Assembly (NCBI GenBank): GCA_047947115.1
Contig: CP170459.1
Location: 5,440,001-5,504,000, forward strand
DNA from: Verrucomicrobiota bacterium
GTDB lineage: Bacteria > Verrucomicrobiota > Verrucomicrobiia > Limisphaerales > AAA164-E04
DNA length: 64,000 bases
Direction of reading: 5' to 3'
Shown here one piece after another: positions 10,511-21,575 of the stretch (position 1 is its first letter; each line of letters begins with the position of its first letter). The notes below the pieces were generated by a model that saw nothing but the letters and a program-made list of their open reading frames with translations, did not search any database and was not told where the DNA came from. The position numbers and the translations under genes were made by a program.

Positions 10511-10636
10511 CCTTACAGTTTATGCGATGCGCGTCATTGCATCACAAGGAAAAAAGAGACGGGAATGCATTTTGTTGGAAACCACCCAAAAAAGGTCTCC
10601 TGAAAAGGCGATTCTGAATGCGATTTCAAAAGCGAA

Positions 10637-11296
10637 TCACCGCCTGGCCACCACGTTTTCAATGTGACGCTTCACTTCGAGCGCCAGGGCTTTTGATCCT
10701 GCGGGAGTAAAGTGAACATTGTCGGGCTGCTGAATCTCATTCAGTCGCGGCAACGCAAATCCATGCAGATCATTGACCATCACACCATGATCTTCCATGA
10801 TGCGCAAGGCGACACGATTGTAACGTTCAACCTGCACCGCTTCACGCAGCGGCCCTGATGGTTCATCTGGAAATGGAGTGGTGGTGGCAAATATCAGCTT
10901 CGCTCCGGTGCGTTTCAGGCGTTTCACGATGGCCGTCAAATTCTTCTCATATTCGTCCAGACCTATCTGGATATGACCGAGCTCGCGCGAACGGGTGTTT
11001 TTCCCGCTTGCATCTACATACTTGAGATCATGCAGGCCATGATTGAAATGAATCACATCCCATCGCTCATCCCCCAGCCAACTCTCCAGTCGCTCCCTGC
11101 CAAACCTTGAGTGTTGAGCATTTCCCGGATTATGGGATATCTCGGCAAAGCCCGCCATCAGCTCTTTCAACGGTTTGGTATAACCAATCGAAATGGAATC
11201 ACCAATGATCAGCACCTTGGGCAGATGCTTCTTATCCTCCCCTCCCCTGACGCTGAGCCCGAGCAAAAGCAGGCAGCAAACAAACATTTTCTTCAT
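10637..11296 (-). CDS. SGNH/GDSL hydrolase
   Basis: Motifs IGDSIS, NHGLHD and DNVHF. Signal peptide from ATG 11296. Confidence 0.85.
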   Translation of the reverse strand: MKKMFVCCLLLLGLSVRGGEDKKHLPKVLIIGDSISIGYTKPLKELMAGFAEISHNPGNAQHSRFGRERLESWLGDERWDVIHFNHGLHDLKYVDASGKNTRSRELGHIQIGLDEYEKNLTAIVKRLKRTGAKLIFATTTPFPDEPSGPLREAVQVERYNRVALRIMEDHGVMVNDLHGFALPRLNEIQQPDNVHFTPAGSKALALEVKRHIENVVARR

Positions 11297-11309
11297 GATG
11301 ACTGTTGGT

Positions 11310-12374
11310 TCAGGTGATATGTGCACCACGTGTGGCCACATACACAGCATACAATGACTGGCTCCCAGTCATGAACAACCGATTCCGTTTTGGACCCCCA
11401 AAACATAAATTGCTGCAAATTTCCGGAAGATGAATCTGACCGATCCGCTGGCCTTCAGGTGAAAAAATATGAACCCCATCAAATCCTTCACCCACCCAAC
11501 CGGCGCTGGCCCAGATATTGCCGTCCTCGTCGGCGCGGATGCCGTCAGAACCGCCAGCTCCCACTCCATCAATCTCCATGGAACAGAATTTCCGACGATT
11601 GGCCAGCCGGGACGAATCCTTGATGTCCCAAACATAAATACCCTTGGGAGGATCTTCTCCGGTGTCGGCAATGTATAACTTGCGATAATCCGGGGAAAAA
11701 CACAGCCCGTTGGGCTTGACGATTTCGTCGGTCACCAAAGAAAGCGCGCCTGAATCAGGATCAATCCGGTAAACAGCTTCCTTCAAATGAAGCGGCCCCT
11801 TCACCCCCTCATAATGCCACATGCTTCCATAACCTGGATCCGTGAACCAGATGCCTCCATCTGGGTGCACAACCACATCATTGGGCGCGTTGAGTGGTTT
11901 CCCCTGCCAACTGTCGGCCAATATGGTCACCGATCCGTCATGCTCATATCGCACAACTCTTCGATTCCCATGCTCACAGGCGATCTGCCGTGCCTGAAAA
12001 TCAAATGTGTTGCCGTTACTGTTGCCCGATGGATTCCGAAAGGTGCTAACCGCACCATTTTCCTCCAACCACCTCAGCTGAACATTATTGGGAATATCAC
12101 TCCACAAAAGATACTTCCCCACCCCATTCCATGCCGGCCCCTCGGCCCACAACATCCCCGTGTGCAGTCGTTGAATCGCGGCGTTGCCCAGTTTGTATTT
12201 GGCGAACCCGGGCTCCAGCACTTCGATGTCCGGGTCCGGATAGCGAATGGGATTCGCTCCCGACCAATCCCTCCCAGCCATCACCGGTAGAGACGCAGCA
12301 GCCATTCCAAGAGAGGAAATGAAAGATCGTCTCGATTGAACAGAACCGGTCTTTTTCAAAGCATGATTGTCCAT
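11310..12374 (-). CDS. SMP-30/gluconolactonase family protein, Tat-exported
   Basis: Twin-arginine SRRSFI. Motifs WAEGPAW, PNDVV, PNGLCFSPD and DGIRAD. Confidence 0.88.
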   Translation of the reverse strand: MDNHALKKTGSVQSRRSFISSLGMAAASLPVMAGRDWSGANPIRYPDPDIEVLEPGFAKYKLGNAAIQRLHTGMLWAEGPAWNGVGKYLLWSDIPNNVQLRWLEENGAVSTFRNPSGNSNGNTFDFQARQIACEHGNRRVVRYEHDGSVTILADSWQGKPLNAPNDVVVHPDGGIWFTDPGYGSMWHYEGVKGPLHLKEAVYRIDPDSGALSLVTDEIVKPNGLCFSPDYRKLYIADTGEDPPKGIYVWDIKDSSRLANRRKFCSMEIDGVGAGGSDGIRADEDGNIWASAGWVGEGFDGVHIFSPEGQRIGQIHLPEICSNLCFGGPKRNRLFMTGSQSLYAVYVATRGAHIT

Positions 12375-12957
12375 AAGAAAACCTGGTCTTCAAGAGTTAA
12401 GCAAAGTGAACGGGACAAGACTGCAAAGAATGACATTGAAAGTAAAGAAGAAGAAAAAAGCAGAGACGAAACAGAAAAAGAGAGAGCCGGCCAAAGAAAG
12501 GAGGGAACTTTGACCGGCTCTCAACCAACAGGAGTAACCAACTAAACCAATCCCCAACAGAGGAATTGAATCCTGGTAAGCATGGGTGGTACCAACCACC
12601 CAGTAATTCAAAAAAACGCACCGGAAAACCTTCAAAATGACACAATAAAACATCGTTTATATTTAATTATTAATTAATTACAAATAACACACCATTTTTT
12701 AAAAAAATACAAGTGAGCCCCAAACTTTCATCCAACAAGCGACCACAAGAAAGACTTGCAATGCATATGCAAACTAACGCAAACACATGCAATGCCCCCC
12801 CCCCTAACTAAAAGCAAAGTACACTGCACAAAACAGGACTTGTTGGCAGGTAAAGACTGCAGCTTAATGCCCGCCCTTTCAATGGATCCCCTCCTGAAAC
12901 TCCACACAGTGAAACACCAGACTTGAGATTTGATTCACAGACAGATATGGTGCCCGA

Positions 12958-13416
12958 ATGAATAGTGATGTGGTTCCAGTGAAGATCAGGGGCATTCTAC
13001 CCATTAACAATGGGGAAGCTGTCTTCATTGGCAACAAGGAGAAAGTCTTTGTCATCCAGATCGAACGCACCATGGGTGAAGTCATTAAAATGTTCATTCA
13101 GAACAAAGCAAAGCAGCGCCCCCTGACCCACGACCTGATGATGCATGTATTCCAGGGATTCGGCATCAACGTTGAACGCATCATCATCACCGAACTGAGA
13201 GACACAACCTACTACGCCCGCATCGTGTTGCAACAACGCAACGAATTGGGGCGCAAAATTGTGGAACTCGACGCCCGCCCCAGCGACTGTATCGCGCTTG
13301 CCACAGCACAAAAAAAACCCATTTTCGTGGCCAAATCACTTTTCAGTGAAGTGGAAGACATGAGTCACATCCTGGACGATATTAAAAAATCCAGTGGCGG
13401 CTCGGAGGAAGCCTGA
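12958..13416 (+). CDS. Bifunctional nuclease family protein (DUF151)
   Basis: Motifs RPLTHDL and DARPSDCIALA. Confidence 0.88.
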   Translation: MNSDVVPVKIRGILPINNGEAVFIGNKEKVFVIQIERTMGEVIKMFIQNKAKQRPLTHDLMMHVFQGFGINVERIIITELRDTTYYARIVLQQRNELGRKIVELDARPSDCIALATAQKKPIFVAKSLFSEVEDMSHILDDIKKSSGGSEEA

Positions 13417-14570
13417 TGCCTCCCAGTAAATCCAAAATCAAGGGGCCTCCCACGTTGGTCTGCGGTGATGAAGATTTCGCCGTCAAAGAGAAGGCACAGC
13501 ACATTTTCAACGAATGGATCGAGGCATATCCCGATCACGAACAGGAGATCATCGACGCGGCTTCCTCCAACGCTTCCGAAGCAGGCAAGGCGATTGCCCG
13601 CCTGCTTGAATCCATGCAGACCATGCCTTTCTTTGGAGGCGGCAAATGCATCTGGTTCCGAAACTGCAATTTTCTGGGGGAAGAGCGCACCTCCTCCACC
13701 AAAGCGGTCACCGAAGGGCTGGTCTCTGTCATGCAGGAAATCCAGCAGCTGAATTCCGAAAAAAACCGGTTGCTGATCTCCGCCGGCAAAGTCGACAAGC
13801 GAAAATCTTTCTATAAGCAGTTCCAGAAAATTGGGGAGATCGCCATCTTCAACGGATGGGACGCCTCTAAAACCGACTGGATTCCCGAAGCGGAAAAACT
13901 GGTGGAAAAGATATTCGAGGAAGCAAAGATCCGCATCGAACAGGATGCCCTGTCGGCATTGATCGAAAGTGTCGGCCCCAACGCACGCCAATTGAATCAG
14001 GAAGCCGAAAAGCTGATGCTTTACTGTGGCGATAAAGCCGCAGCAACCACTGAAGACGTTCATCAAGTCGTCTCCCGCAACAAACAAGCACGAGCCTTCG
14101 CGCTTGGAGACGCGTTGGGAAATCGCAACCTGCCTTTGGCCATGAAGTGTCTGGACGAGGAATTATGGGAAATGAAACTGGACCGCCAGCGCAGTGCCAT
14201 CGGATTACTCTACGGACTCATTTCCAAAGTTCGCACCTTGATCATGGTCAAAGAAATGCAACGTAAAGGTTGGTTGCGGATGGAACGTCAATTTTTTCGA
14301 TTTAAACAACAACTTGACCAAATACCCGAATCCGGCCTTCCTTCCGACTCAAAATTGAACCCTCTCAAATTGAATCCTTACGTCCTTTTTCGCGCGCTAC
14401 CTCAGGCATCCCATTACAGCATCAACGAATTGGTCAAAGCCATGGACACCTTGTACACAGCCAATATTCAGCTCATTTCAAGTTCGATGGAGGATGCCCA
14501 GGTGCTGCAGCAATCCATTGTCACCATCATCACAAAACCCGAAACCACCGCACAACCCAAACGCACCTGA
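13416..14570 (+). CDS. holA: DNA polymerase III delta subunit
   Basis: N-terminal G-D/E-F, TMPFFGG, DKRKSFYK and EAEKLMLY. Length is typical. Confidence 0.8.
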   Translation: MPPSKSKIKGPPTLVCGDEDFAVKEKAQHIFNEWIEAYPDHEQEIIDAASSNASEAGKAIARLLESMQTMPFFGGGKCIWFRNCNFLGEERTSSTKAVTEGLVSVMQEIQQLNSEKNRLLISAGKVDKRKSFYKQFQKIGEIAIFNGWDASKTDWIPEAEKLVEKIFEEAKIRIEQDALSALIESVGPNARQLNQEAEKLMLYCGDKAAATTEDVHQVVSRNKQARAFALGDALGNRNLPLAMKCLDEELWEMKLDRQRSAIGLLYGLISKVRTLIMVKEMQRKGWLRMERQFFRFKQQLDQIPESGLPSDSKLNPLKLNPYVLFRALPQASHYSINELVKAMDTLYTANIQLISSSMEDAQVLQQSIVTIITKPETTAQPKRT

Positions 14571-14583
14571 ACCGAACAAGGCC

Positions 14584-15117
14584 ATGGAACCATCCGAAAC
14601 ACCTTTACTGGTAGCCCAAAATGATGATGTCGTCTGTATCAAGGTCAGCGGGCGCGCCAACGTCCGAACCAGCGTCCCTTTCAAATCTCTGATGCAGGAG
14701 ATGCGCGACAAACAAATCATCCACTTCATTCTGGAACTGGAAAACTGCCTGTTAATGGATAGCACCTTTCTCGGAGTACTGGCCTACCAGGCCTTCGAAT
14801 TGATCGAAGACAGAGATCCCCCCGGCAGCATCCAGTTACTAAACCCCAACGACCGGATATTGGACCTGTTGGACAACCTGGGTGTCCTGGATCTGTTTAC
14901 AGTGCAACAAGACACGCATTTCGACCAGCAACAGTTTGAAGCTATCAGTGAATCCATTGAGAGCGGCACAAAAGCTGAAATGACCGAAACAAGTCTGCAC
15001 GCACACCGGGCCCTCATCGCCCTGAACCCGGCCAACAGAATCAAGTTTCAGGAAGTCACCAACTTCCTCGAAAGGGACCTCAAACGCCAAAAAGAGAGCG
15101 ATCAAAGCAACGACTGA
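14584..15117 (+). CDS. STAS domain / anti-sigma factor antagonist
   Basis: MDSTFLG phosphoserine motif. Likely start ATG 14584. Confidence 0.8.
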   Translation: MEPSETPLLVAQNDDVVCIKVSGRANVRTSVPFKSLMQEMRDKQIIHFILELENCLLMDSTFLGVLAYQAFELIEDRDPPGSIQLLNPNDRILDLLDNLGVLDLFTVQQDTHFDQQQFEAISESIESGTKAEMTETSLHAHRALIALNPANRIKFQEVTNFLERDLKRQKESDQSND

Positions 15118-15133
15118 TTCGCTCCCGTAAAAG

Positions 15134-17566
15134 TCAGGACTGTAGCGGAGCCCGCAGATGCACTTGTGCGGCCACACGCCTGTCGCCCACTTGAAGCGCA
15201 TATGCGCCGCCCTTGAGGAAAGTCGCATCGACTCCATCCACATGGCGAACATACCCCATGGCGATCCCACGCCCAAGCGTGTGAGCATACGATCCGGAAG
15301 TGGTGTATCCAACCACCTTGTCGTCGCGCAGAATGATTTCACCTCCCCACAGACAGACTTCAGGATCTTTCACGGTGAAGATCGCGAGCCGCTTCTTCGG
15401 AATGTTCGCTTTGAGTCGTTGCAGGGCCGCCTGACCGACAAACCCACCTGGTTTCTCCCAATCAACGGCAAATCCAAGCCCCGCTTCCAGAGGATGATCA
15501 TCCGGAGACAATTCCGCCCCCCAGGCACGAAACCCTTTTTCAAGTCGCAATGATTGTATCGCGTAATGTCCCGCCAAAGTGATGGGGTGATCTTTGGAAC
15601 GATCCATCAACGTGTCATAAAGTGCGGACATTTGATCCATTCCCACGTGCAGTTCCCAGCCCAATTCCCCCATATAGGAAATACGAATCGCCCTCAACGT
15701 GCACATCCCGACTGAAATTTCCTTTGATAACCCGAAAGGAAACGCATCATTTGAAAGATCTGTGTCCGTGAGGGGTTGCAGGAACTCTCTGGAATCAGGT
15801 CCCATCACACTCAACACCCCCACTCCATTCGTCACATCCTGAATTTCAACGGACAACCCTTGGGGAACGTGGCGACGAATCCAATGTGCATCATGCACCC
15901 CCTGAGCCGTGGACGTCACAATATAGTAGGCATCTTCTCCAACTCGAACGGCGGTAAAATCGGACTCGTAACCCCCTTTGGCATTGAACATCCCCGTGTA
16001 AACCGCTCTGCCAACAGGCACGTCCAAACAGTTGCCGCAAACATGCTGCATCACAGCACAGGCGTCACGCCCGATGACTTGCAGCTTGGCAAAACTGGAT
16101 TGATCGAACAATGCCACCCCCTGACGCGTGGCCAGGTGTTCGCGTTCCTGAGATTTAAACCAATTCTGTCTGCCAAACGAATAATCGACGAGTGCTTTAT
16201 CCGGTGGAATCGCAAACCAGTTCGGCCGTTCCCATCCACTCTTGTTGCCAAAACAGGCTCCTGCAGCGAGAAGGCGATCATGGATGGGTGTCTTGCGAAC
16301 ACCCCGTCCGGTTTCGAATTCACGATTGGGCCAGGCCATCTGGTAGTGAAGCCCCAGCACTTCGGTAATGCGATCGCGCAGAAATGCACGGTTGTTCGCC
16401 CACTTGCCAAATCGTCGGATGTCCACCGACCACAAATCCATGGTCGGCTCTCCTTCATGGATCCATTCCGCGAGGTATTTTCCCGCCCCACCGGCACAGG
16501 CAATGCCGGCTGAGTTGAATCCGGCGGCCACAAACAAACCATCCAGTTCAGGCGTTTCTCCCAATAAAAACTGGTTGTCAGGCGTGAAACTTTCCGGACC
16601 ATTAACAAACTTGGCATACCCGGAAGTTTTCAATGAAGGAATGCGCCATTCACCTGCTTGCAATGGTTGCTGATACTTCTCCCAATCAGGTTCCAACAAT
16701 GCGAAGGAGAAATCGGAAGGTATCGGATCTTTCAACCATGGTTTGGTGTATTTTTGGAAAGCCCCCAAAACAACCGCGTTCCCCTCCCCTCGAAAATAGA
16801 TGGTGGCATCCGGATCTCGGCCACAAGGCAATTCATCAAAAGCCCCTTCGATGGGTTCGGAAACCACGTAATGATGTTCCACAGGTGCCAACGGAATCGA
16901 CACACCACACGTCAGCCCCAATTGCCGGGACCACATACCACAGGCCAATACCACATACTGCGCACGGATGGTTCCCCGATCGGTCTCCACGCCCGTAGCT
17001 CGTCCGTTTTTGTGAAGCACCTTCAGAGTCCGAACGTTTTCAAAAACTCTCGCACCTCTGCTTTGAGCGCCCTTGGCCAGAGCGACGGTTGTTTCTTGAG
17101 GGATCACCTTGCCGTCCCCCGGCAACCAGACTGCACCTTTCAAATCTTCGGTAAGCATCAATGGCCATTTTTCACCTGCTTCCACAGCTGAAATCATCTG
17201 AGCTTCCACCCCCAGATACTCCGCCATGGCTGCCGTACGGTGGAGTTGTACCATGCGTTCCTCTGTCGTGGCCACGACCAGACTACCCACTTGCTTCCAT
17301 CCCGTCGGATGTCCCGTCTCGGCCTCCAGCCCCGCATAAAGTTCGGCGCTGTATTGGTTGATCTTGGTCAAACTGTTGGAAGTCCGCAAACGCCCAACCA
17401 TCCCGGCTGCATGCCACGTCGTACCGCCGGCCAATGCCTTCTGTTCCAACAAAACGACATCGGAAAAACCTAATTTCGTGAGATGATAAGCAACACTACA
17501 TCCCGCGATTCCACCACCTACCACAACCACTTGTGCCTCTGCCGGCAAAACAGATTGATCAACCAT
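15134..17566 (-). CDS. GcvT-family FAD-dependent oxidoreductase (sarcosine/dimethylglycine dehydrogenase-like)
   Basis: Motifs GGGIAG, GTTWHAAG, NGPESFTPD, GWERPNWF, GELGWELH and SLRLEKG. Confidence 0.88.
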   Translation of the reverse strand: MVDQSVLPAEAQVVVVGGGIAGCSVAYHLTKLGFSDVVLLEQKALAGGTTWHAAGMVGRLRTSNSLTKINQYSAELYAGLEAETGHPTGWKQVGSLVVATTEERMVQLHRTAAMAEYLGVEAQMISAVEAGEKWPLMLTEDLKGAVWLPGDGKVIPQETTVALAKGAQSRGARVFENVRTLKVLHKNGRATGVETDRGTIRAQYVVLACGMWSRQLGLTCGVSIPLAPVEHHYVVSEPIEGAFDELPCGRDPDATIYFRGEGNAVVLGAFQKYTKPWLKDPIPSDFSFALLEPDWEKYQQPLQAGEWRIPSLKTSGYAKFVNGPESFTPDNQFLLGETPELDGLFVAAGFNSAGIACAGGAGKYLAEWIHEGEPTMDLWSVDIRRFGKWANNRAFLRDRITEVLGLHYQMAWPNREFETGRGVRKTPIHDRLLAAGACFGNKSGWERPNWFAIPPDKALVDYSFGRQNWFKSQEREHLATRQGVALFDQSSFAKLQVIGRDACAVMQHVCGNCLDVPVGRAVYTGMFNAKGGYESDFTAVRVGEDAYYIVTSTAQGVHDAHWIRRHVPQGLSVEIQDVTNGVGVLSVMGPDSREFLQPLTDTDLSNDAFPFGLSKEISVGMCTLRAIRISYMGELGWELHVGMDQMSALYDTLMDRSKDHPITLAGHYAIQSLRLEKGFRAWGAELSPDDHPLEAGLGFAVDWEKPGGFVGQAALQRLKANIPKKRLAIFTVKDPEVCLWGGEIILRDDKVVGYTTSGSYAHTLGRGIAMGYVRHVDGVDATFLKGGAYALQVGDRRVAAQVHLRAPLQS

Positions 17567-17811
17567 TGCCCTATTCTACGCCCTTTCCAAAAAGCTGACA
17601 ATCGCCGATCTTACCAAAGAGAGAGATCCAATTTTTGATACTTTTGAACACACTGTATTTATTTAATCAATCACAGATGGCTAATCTGAACCACACTGCG
17701 GATTATTGCTCAGCCCCCACCTGACCCAACGCTCAAAGCATGAATCACAAACATTCTTAATTTTTACATACCAACATATTGCAATCACGCCAAACCGATT
17801 CCACTTAAAGA

Positions 17812-17827
17812 TGGCATAGCTGATGCT
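17812..17827 (+). promoter_or_regulatory. sigma54 (-24/-12) promoter of amtB
   Basis: TGGCATAGCTGATGCT has exact GG-N10-GC spacing, 54 bp upstream of the amtB start. Confidence 0.75.
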
Positions 17828-17880
17828 TTTGGGCCTTTTTGTCTAACCAACAATCAATCAAGATCAGAAACTGAATAAAA

Positions 17881-19242
17881 ATGAACAAACCGAAACACCT
17901 GTTTACATGCCTGACCCTCCTCTGGATGCTGATGTCAGGCATTCATGCATTCGGCGCCGAAGATGGCGCCATCGCCACTGAAGCGGTCACCGAATCCATC
18001 GCAGCCGCAACCGAAGAAGCCCCATCTATCGACACTGGGGACACGGCCTGGATGATCACCGCCACCGCCCTGGTACTATTTATGTCCATCCCTGGACTGG
18101 CTTTGTTTTACGGAGGGTTGGTACGTTCCAAAAACATCCTTTCCGTTCTGGTTCAATGCTTCGCCATGGCGGGGATCATGACCATCCTATGGATCATATT
18201 CGGATATAGTATGGCTTTCGGGGATGGAGGCGGGCTACAGACATTTGTTGGCAATCTCGACAATCTTTTCTTGAAGAACGTGACGGTGGACTCGATTTCG
18301 GGAACGATTCCAGAAACTGTTTTTGTCACGTTTCAAATGACCTTCATCATTATTACCCCTGCCTTGATCGTTGGGGCATTTGCAGAGCGCATGAAATTCA
18401 GCGCCATGCTGTTGTTTACCGTCGTCTGGTCGACACTTTCCTACCTGCCTGTTTGCCATATGGCATGGGGCGGAGAAGGGTCGTTGTTTCATGGATGGGG
18501 TGTTCTGGATTTTGCCGGAGGCACGGTGGTTCACATCAACGCCGGCATCGCGGGGCTGGTGGCCTGCATCATGGTCGGGAAGCGCAAAGGATTCGGAAGC
18601 GCCGCCCTGCAACCACACAACGTGCCTTTGACCCTCATCGGAGCCTCCATGCTTTGGGTGGGATGGTTCGGGTTCAACGCGGGTAGTGAGCTGGCAGCGG
18701 ACGGCACTGCTGGCATGGCCATGCTGGTCACCCAAGTGGCAACGGCCATGGCCGCTGTTACTTGGATGTTTATAGAATGGATCAAGAACGGCAAACCCAC
18801 AGCGGTCGGTATCGCCACTGGGGCCGTGGCTGGTCTGGTCGCCATCACTCCTGCTTCAGGAACAGCCGGTCCCATGGGCGCTTTACTCATCGGTTTTTGC
18901 TCCAGCGCCATCTGCTATTGGTCGGCAACCAACCTCAAACATAAACTGGGCTACGACGACAGTCTGGACGTATTTGGAGTGCATGGTGTTGGCGGAATCG
19001 TAGGAGCCGTCTTGACAGGCCTATGCGCAGCTCCTTTCATGGGCGGAGCTGGAATGGATCTGTCTGTAGGTGCTCAAATTTTCGCCCAGATCAAAAGCAT
19101 TATTGTCACCATAGTATGGAGTGGCGTGGTATCGATTGCCGTGCTGTTCCTCATTGATAAGACCATTGGACTAAGGGTGAACATCGAAGAAGAAACCATG
19201 GGATTGGACCAGAGCTGCCACGGCGAAACCGGTTACAACTAG
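17881..19242 (+). CDS. amtB: Ammonium transporter
   Basis: Motifs GDTAW, PGLALFYGG, DFAGGTVVH, WFGFNAGS and DDSLDVFGVHG. Confidence 0.96.
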   Translation: MNKPKHLFTCLTLLWMLMSGIHAFGAEDGAIATEAVTESIAAATEEAPSIDTGDTAWMITATALVLFMSIPGLALFYGGLVRSKNILSVLVQCFAMAGIMTILWIIFGYSMAFGDGGGLQTFVGNLDNLFLKNVTVDSISGTIPETVFVTFQMTFIIITPALIVGAFAERMKFSAMLLFTVVWSTLSYLPVCHMAWGGEGSLFHGWGVLDFAGGTVVHINAGIAGLVACIMVGKRKGFGSAALQPHNVPLTLIGASMLWVGWFGFNAGSELAADGTAGMAMLVTQVATAMAAVTWMFIEWIKNGKPTAVGIATGAVAGLVAITPASGTAGPMGALLIGFCSSAICYWSATNLKHKLGYDDSLDVFGVHGVGGIVGAVLTGLCAAPFMGGAGMDLSVGAQIFAQIKSIIVTIVWSGVVSIAVLFLIDKTIGLRVNIEEETMGLDQSCHGETGYN

Positions 19243-19367
19243 AAATACCGACATCCAGGGTCCTTCAAGATTCCCTTCAAGGAGATCGAAAAGGGTTGCG
19301 GGCAAAACTGATTTGGTAGAAATTAGAACATATTTACGAAGCAAGCACGGTTCAAAAGGTCTGATGA

Positions 19368-19751
<384 letters not shown>

Positions 19752-19769
19752 TTCCCGGCAACACATCTT

Positions 19770-19806
19770 AAAAAAGCGCGACTCACTTCGAGTCGCGCTT
19801 TTTTTT
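19770..19806. terminator. Bidirectional intrinsic terminator
   Basis: AAAAAAGCGCGACTC-actt-CGAGTCGCGCTTTTTTTT between convergent genes. Confidence 0.85.
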
Positions 19807-19833
19807 GTTTGAAAGTCAGAGAAATACTGAACA

Positions 19834-20535
19834 TCAAAATTCGGCGAACCCTTCAAAAACCAGATCAAACACAACCGGGATCTGCTCCTCACCACCTTCC
19901 ACCGCCCCATTGGCCTTCACGCGCAATGCATGATGATCCGGAGCAGGCTCCTGTAGAGAGGGCGTCGAACCGGCATCCCCATCCACCGGGCGGAGACTCA
20001 GAATGACCGGGTGATCAGAGACCGTGTCAAAACTGCTGGCTTTTACAAGTGATTTGTAACCGTCGATTCCGTCCAGTTGGGTGTCCTTCTCGGCGGGCAC
20101 GAGCACACCAAAATGGCGGAAGTCGGATGTTCCGAGGTGGTTCCCATCATTGGGCCGGATGCCATAACGAATGATAAAGGTGTTTTCGAAGAGTTCATCA
20201 TCCCGGTAATCACGATGCTCCTCCAACACTTCCACCACCCCCAGAACGGAAGGTTGCACGAATTGATCCAGCCCATTGCCAGGAGTATCCGGTTTGGCCT
20301 TCAGTTTGATGGCTTTGCCGAACCAGAAACGGTACAGTGTTTTGTCGCCTTTGGATATTTCATAAACCGACGAACTCAAACTGCCGGCAATTTCAATCGA
20401 GACGGATTCTGGAGGTTTACTCTCTTTGGTTTTTAAACTGAAATCCGCAGCAAGGGTAAATTGGGCCGTGGCGATCAAAACACCGGCTGCCATCCATAGT
20501 GAAGTTCGTAAGGTCGTCAACGTTTCCATAATCAA
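19834..20535 (-). CDS. Secreted hypothetical protein in the Mo-enzyme operon
   Basis: Signal peptide and co-oriented with the cluster. No family recognised with certainty. Confidence 0.65.
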   Translation of the reverse strand: MIMETLTTLRTSLWMAAGVLIATAQFTLAADFSLKTKESKPPESVSIEIAGSLSSSVYEISKGDKTLYRFWFGKAIKLKAKPDTPGNGLDQFVQPSVLGVVEVLEEHRDYRDDELFENTFIIRYGIRPNDGNHLGTSDFRHFGVLVPAEKDTQLDGIDGYKSLVKASSFDTVSDHPVILSLRPVDGDAGSTPSLQEPAPDHHALRVKANGAVEGGEEQIPVVFDLVFEGFAEF

Positions 20536-20608
20536 ATTTAATCAGTAACAAGCAAAAGGGCCGGAAGAGGTTGATCTCCCGACCCGGTTAAGGACGTTAA
20601 GGCTGCGA

Positions 20609-21280
20609 TCAATATTCGAATGATGCAAGGTAGGCACCACGCTGAGAAGTCAAACTCCAGGTCACATCCAGATCACTCCCCTGGTAAGCAGCCACTTCAG
20701 TGTAAGCAGGAATCGGATGTGCCACTCTGGTGAGCGGCGGGTAAAATAATTCTTCATTCCCGCAAATGTGATCGTGTGCCCCCATGCACCGGGTAGATAC
20801 TTCGACGATGCCTTCCGCCTTGATAGTACTGCAACCGCTTTTGTTACAGGCACCAATGGTGCTTTCGATGGAAGATGTATGCACCGCGACCACTTCGGAA
20901 ACCAAGTCGCCAGCCCTGGCGGCGGCAAACCCCACCAGAGCATCACGCTGGATGGCATTGGCTTTGGAATCCACAATCATCACGGAACGACCCTTGCGAG
21001 GACGAAAGGAGGTATCTCCCATGGTTTCCCGGGTTCTGACCACCGCAATCACGCTGAGGCCATTGAGTTCCACACCGTTCCAGCGACCTTCGCGGATGGT
21101 CCAGACAAGGATGCCTTCCTTGCCGGTCAACCCCATCTCCGCATTGGCGAAACAAGGTCCGGTGAAGACATCGCAGGATCTTACCTCAAGGTAATCGCCA
21201 GTGATGGCGTGTGCTGAAGTCATGCCGCATAACAGCCACGCGGCAACGCTTCCCGTTGCTAGCAGGTTTCTGAGTCTCAT
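20609..21280 (-). CDS. DUF1326-like secreted Cys-containing protein
   Basis: Signal peptide, GDYLEVRSCDVFTGPCFAN and further Cys/His (RCMGAHDHICGNE). Confidence 0.7.
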   Translation of the reverse strand: MRLRNLLATGSVAAWLLCGMTSAHAITGDYLEVRSCDVFTGPCFANAEMGLTGKEGILVWTIREGRWNGVELNGLSVIAVVRTRETMGDTSFRPRKGRSVMIVDSKANAIQRDALVGFAAARAGDLVSEVVAVHTSSIESTIGACNKSGCSTIKAEGIVEVSTRCMGAHDHICGNEELFYPPLTRVAHPIPAYTEVAAYQGSDLDVTWSLTSQRGAYLASFEY

Positions 21281-21348
21281 GATGTTGTTGCTTTATCGTT
21301 GAGCCGGGGTGTTGGTCCGTAACACCCCGGCCGGATTAAATACAGTTA

Positions 21349-21561
21349 TCAAGACTGATAACACGAGCGACCGGAACAGCAACTGGATTTTTCAACCGGT
21401 TCGCCGTCGAGGCCGAACGATTCATGCGATTTACCGCACCAATACTGCCCGCTGCCGCCGTCTTGTTGATTGTATTCACCCAACGCCTGATGGAACATTT
21501 CATTGCAGCGCAGGTGGCGGCAAGGGATCTGAATGACTGAATGGGATGTCTGTTCACTCAT
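21349..21561 (-). CDS. Small Cys-rich protein
   Basis: 70 aa with CRHLRC, YWC and CCSGRSCY. RBS GGAG upstream, directly after the FAD subunit gene. Confidence 0.65.
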   Translation of the reverse strand: MSEQTSHSVIQIPCRHLRCNEMFHQALGEYNQQDGGSGQYWCGKSHESFGLDGEPVEKSSCCSGRSCYQS

Positions 21562-21575
21562 GATGTTCACTCCTT

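Noticed and set aside
12650..12720. AT-rich tract as a replication origin
   Set aside because: No DnaA box cluster and no dnaA/dnaN/gidA context.
15134..15170. Possible frameshift truncating the GcvT-family C-terminus
   Set aside because: Only about 10 residues appear short, and the alternative frames give no convincing match.
21303..21331. Perfect hairpin GCCGGGGTGTT...AACACCCCGGC as a terminator or repeat
   Set aside because: It has no U-tract and only one copy. Most likely an intra-operon stability hairpin.
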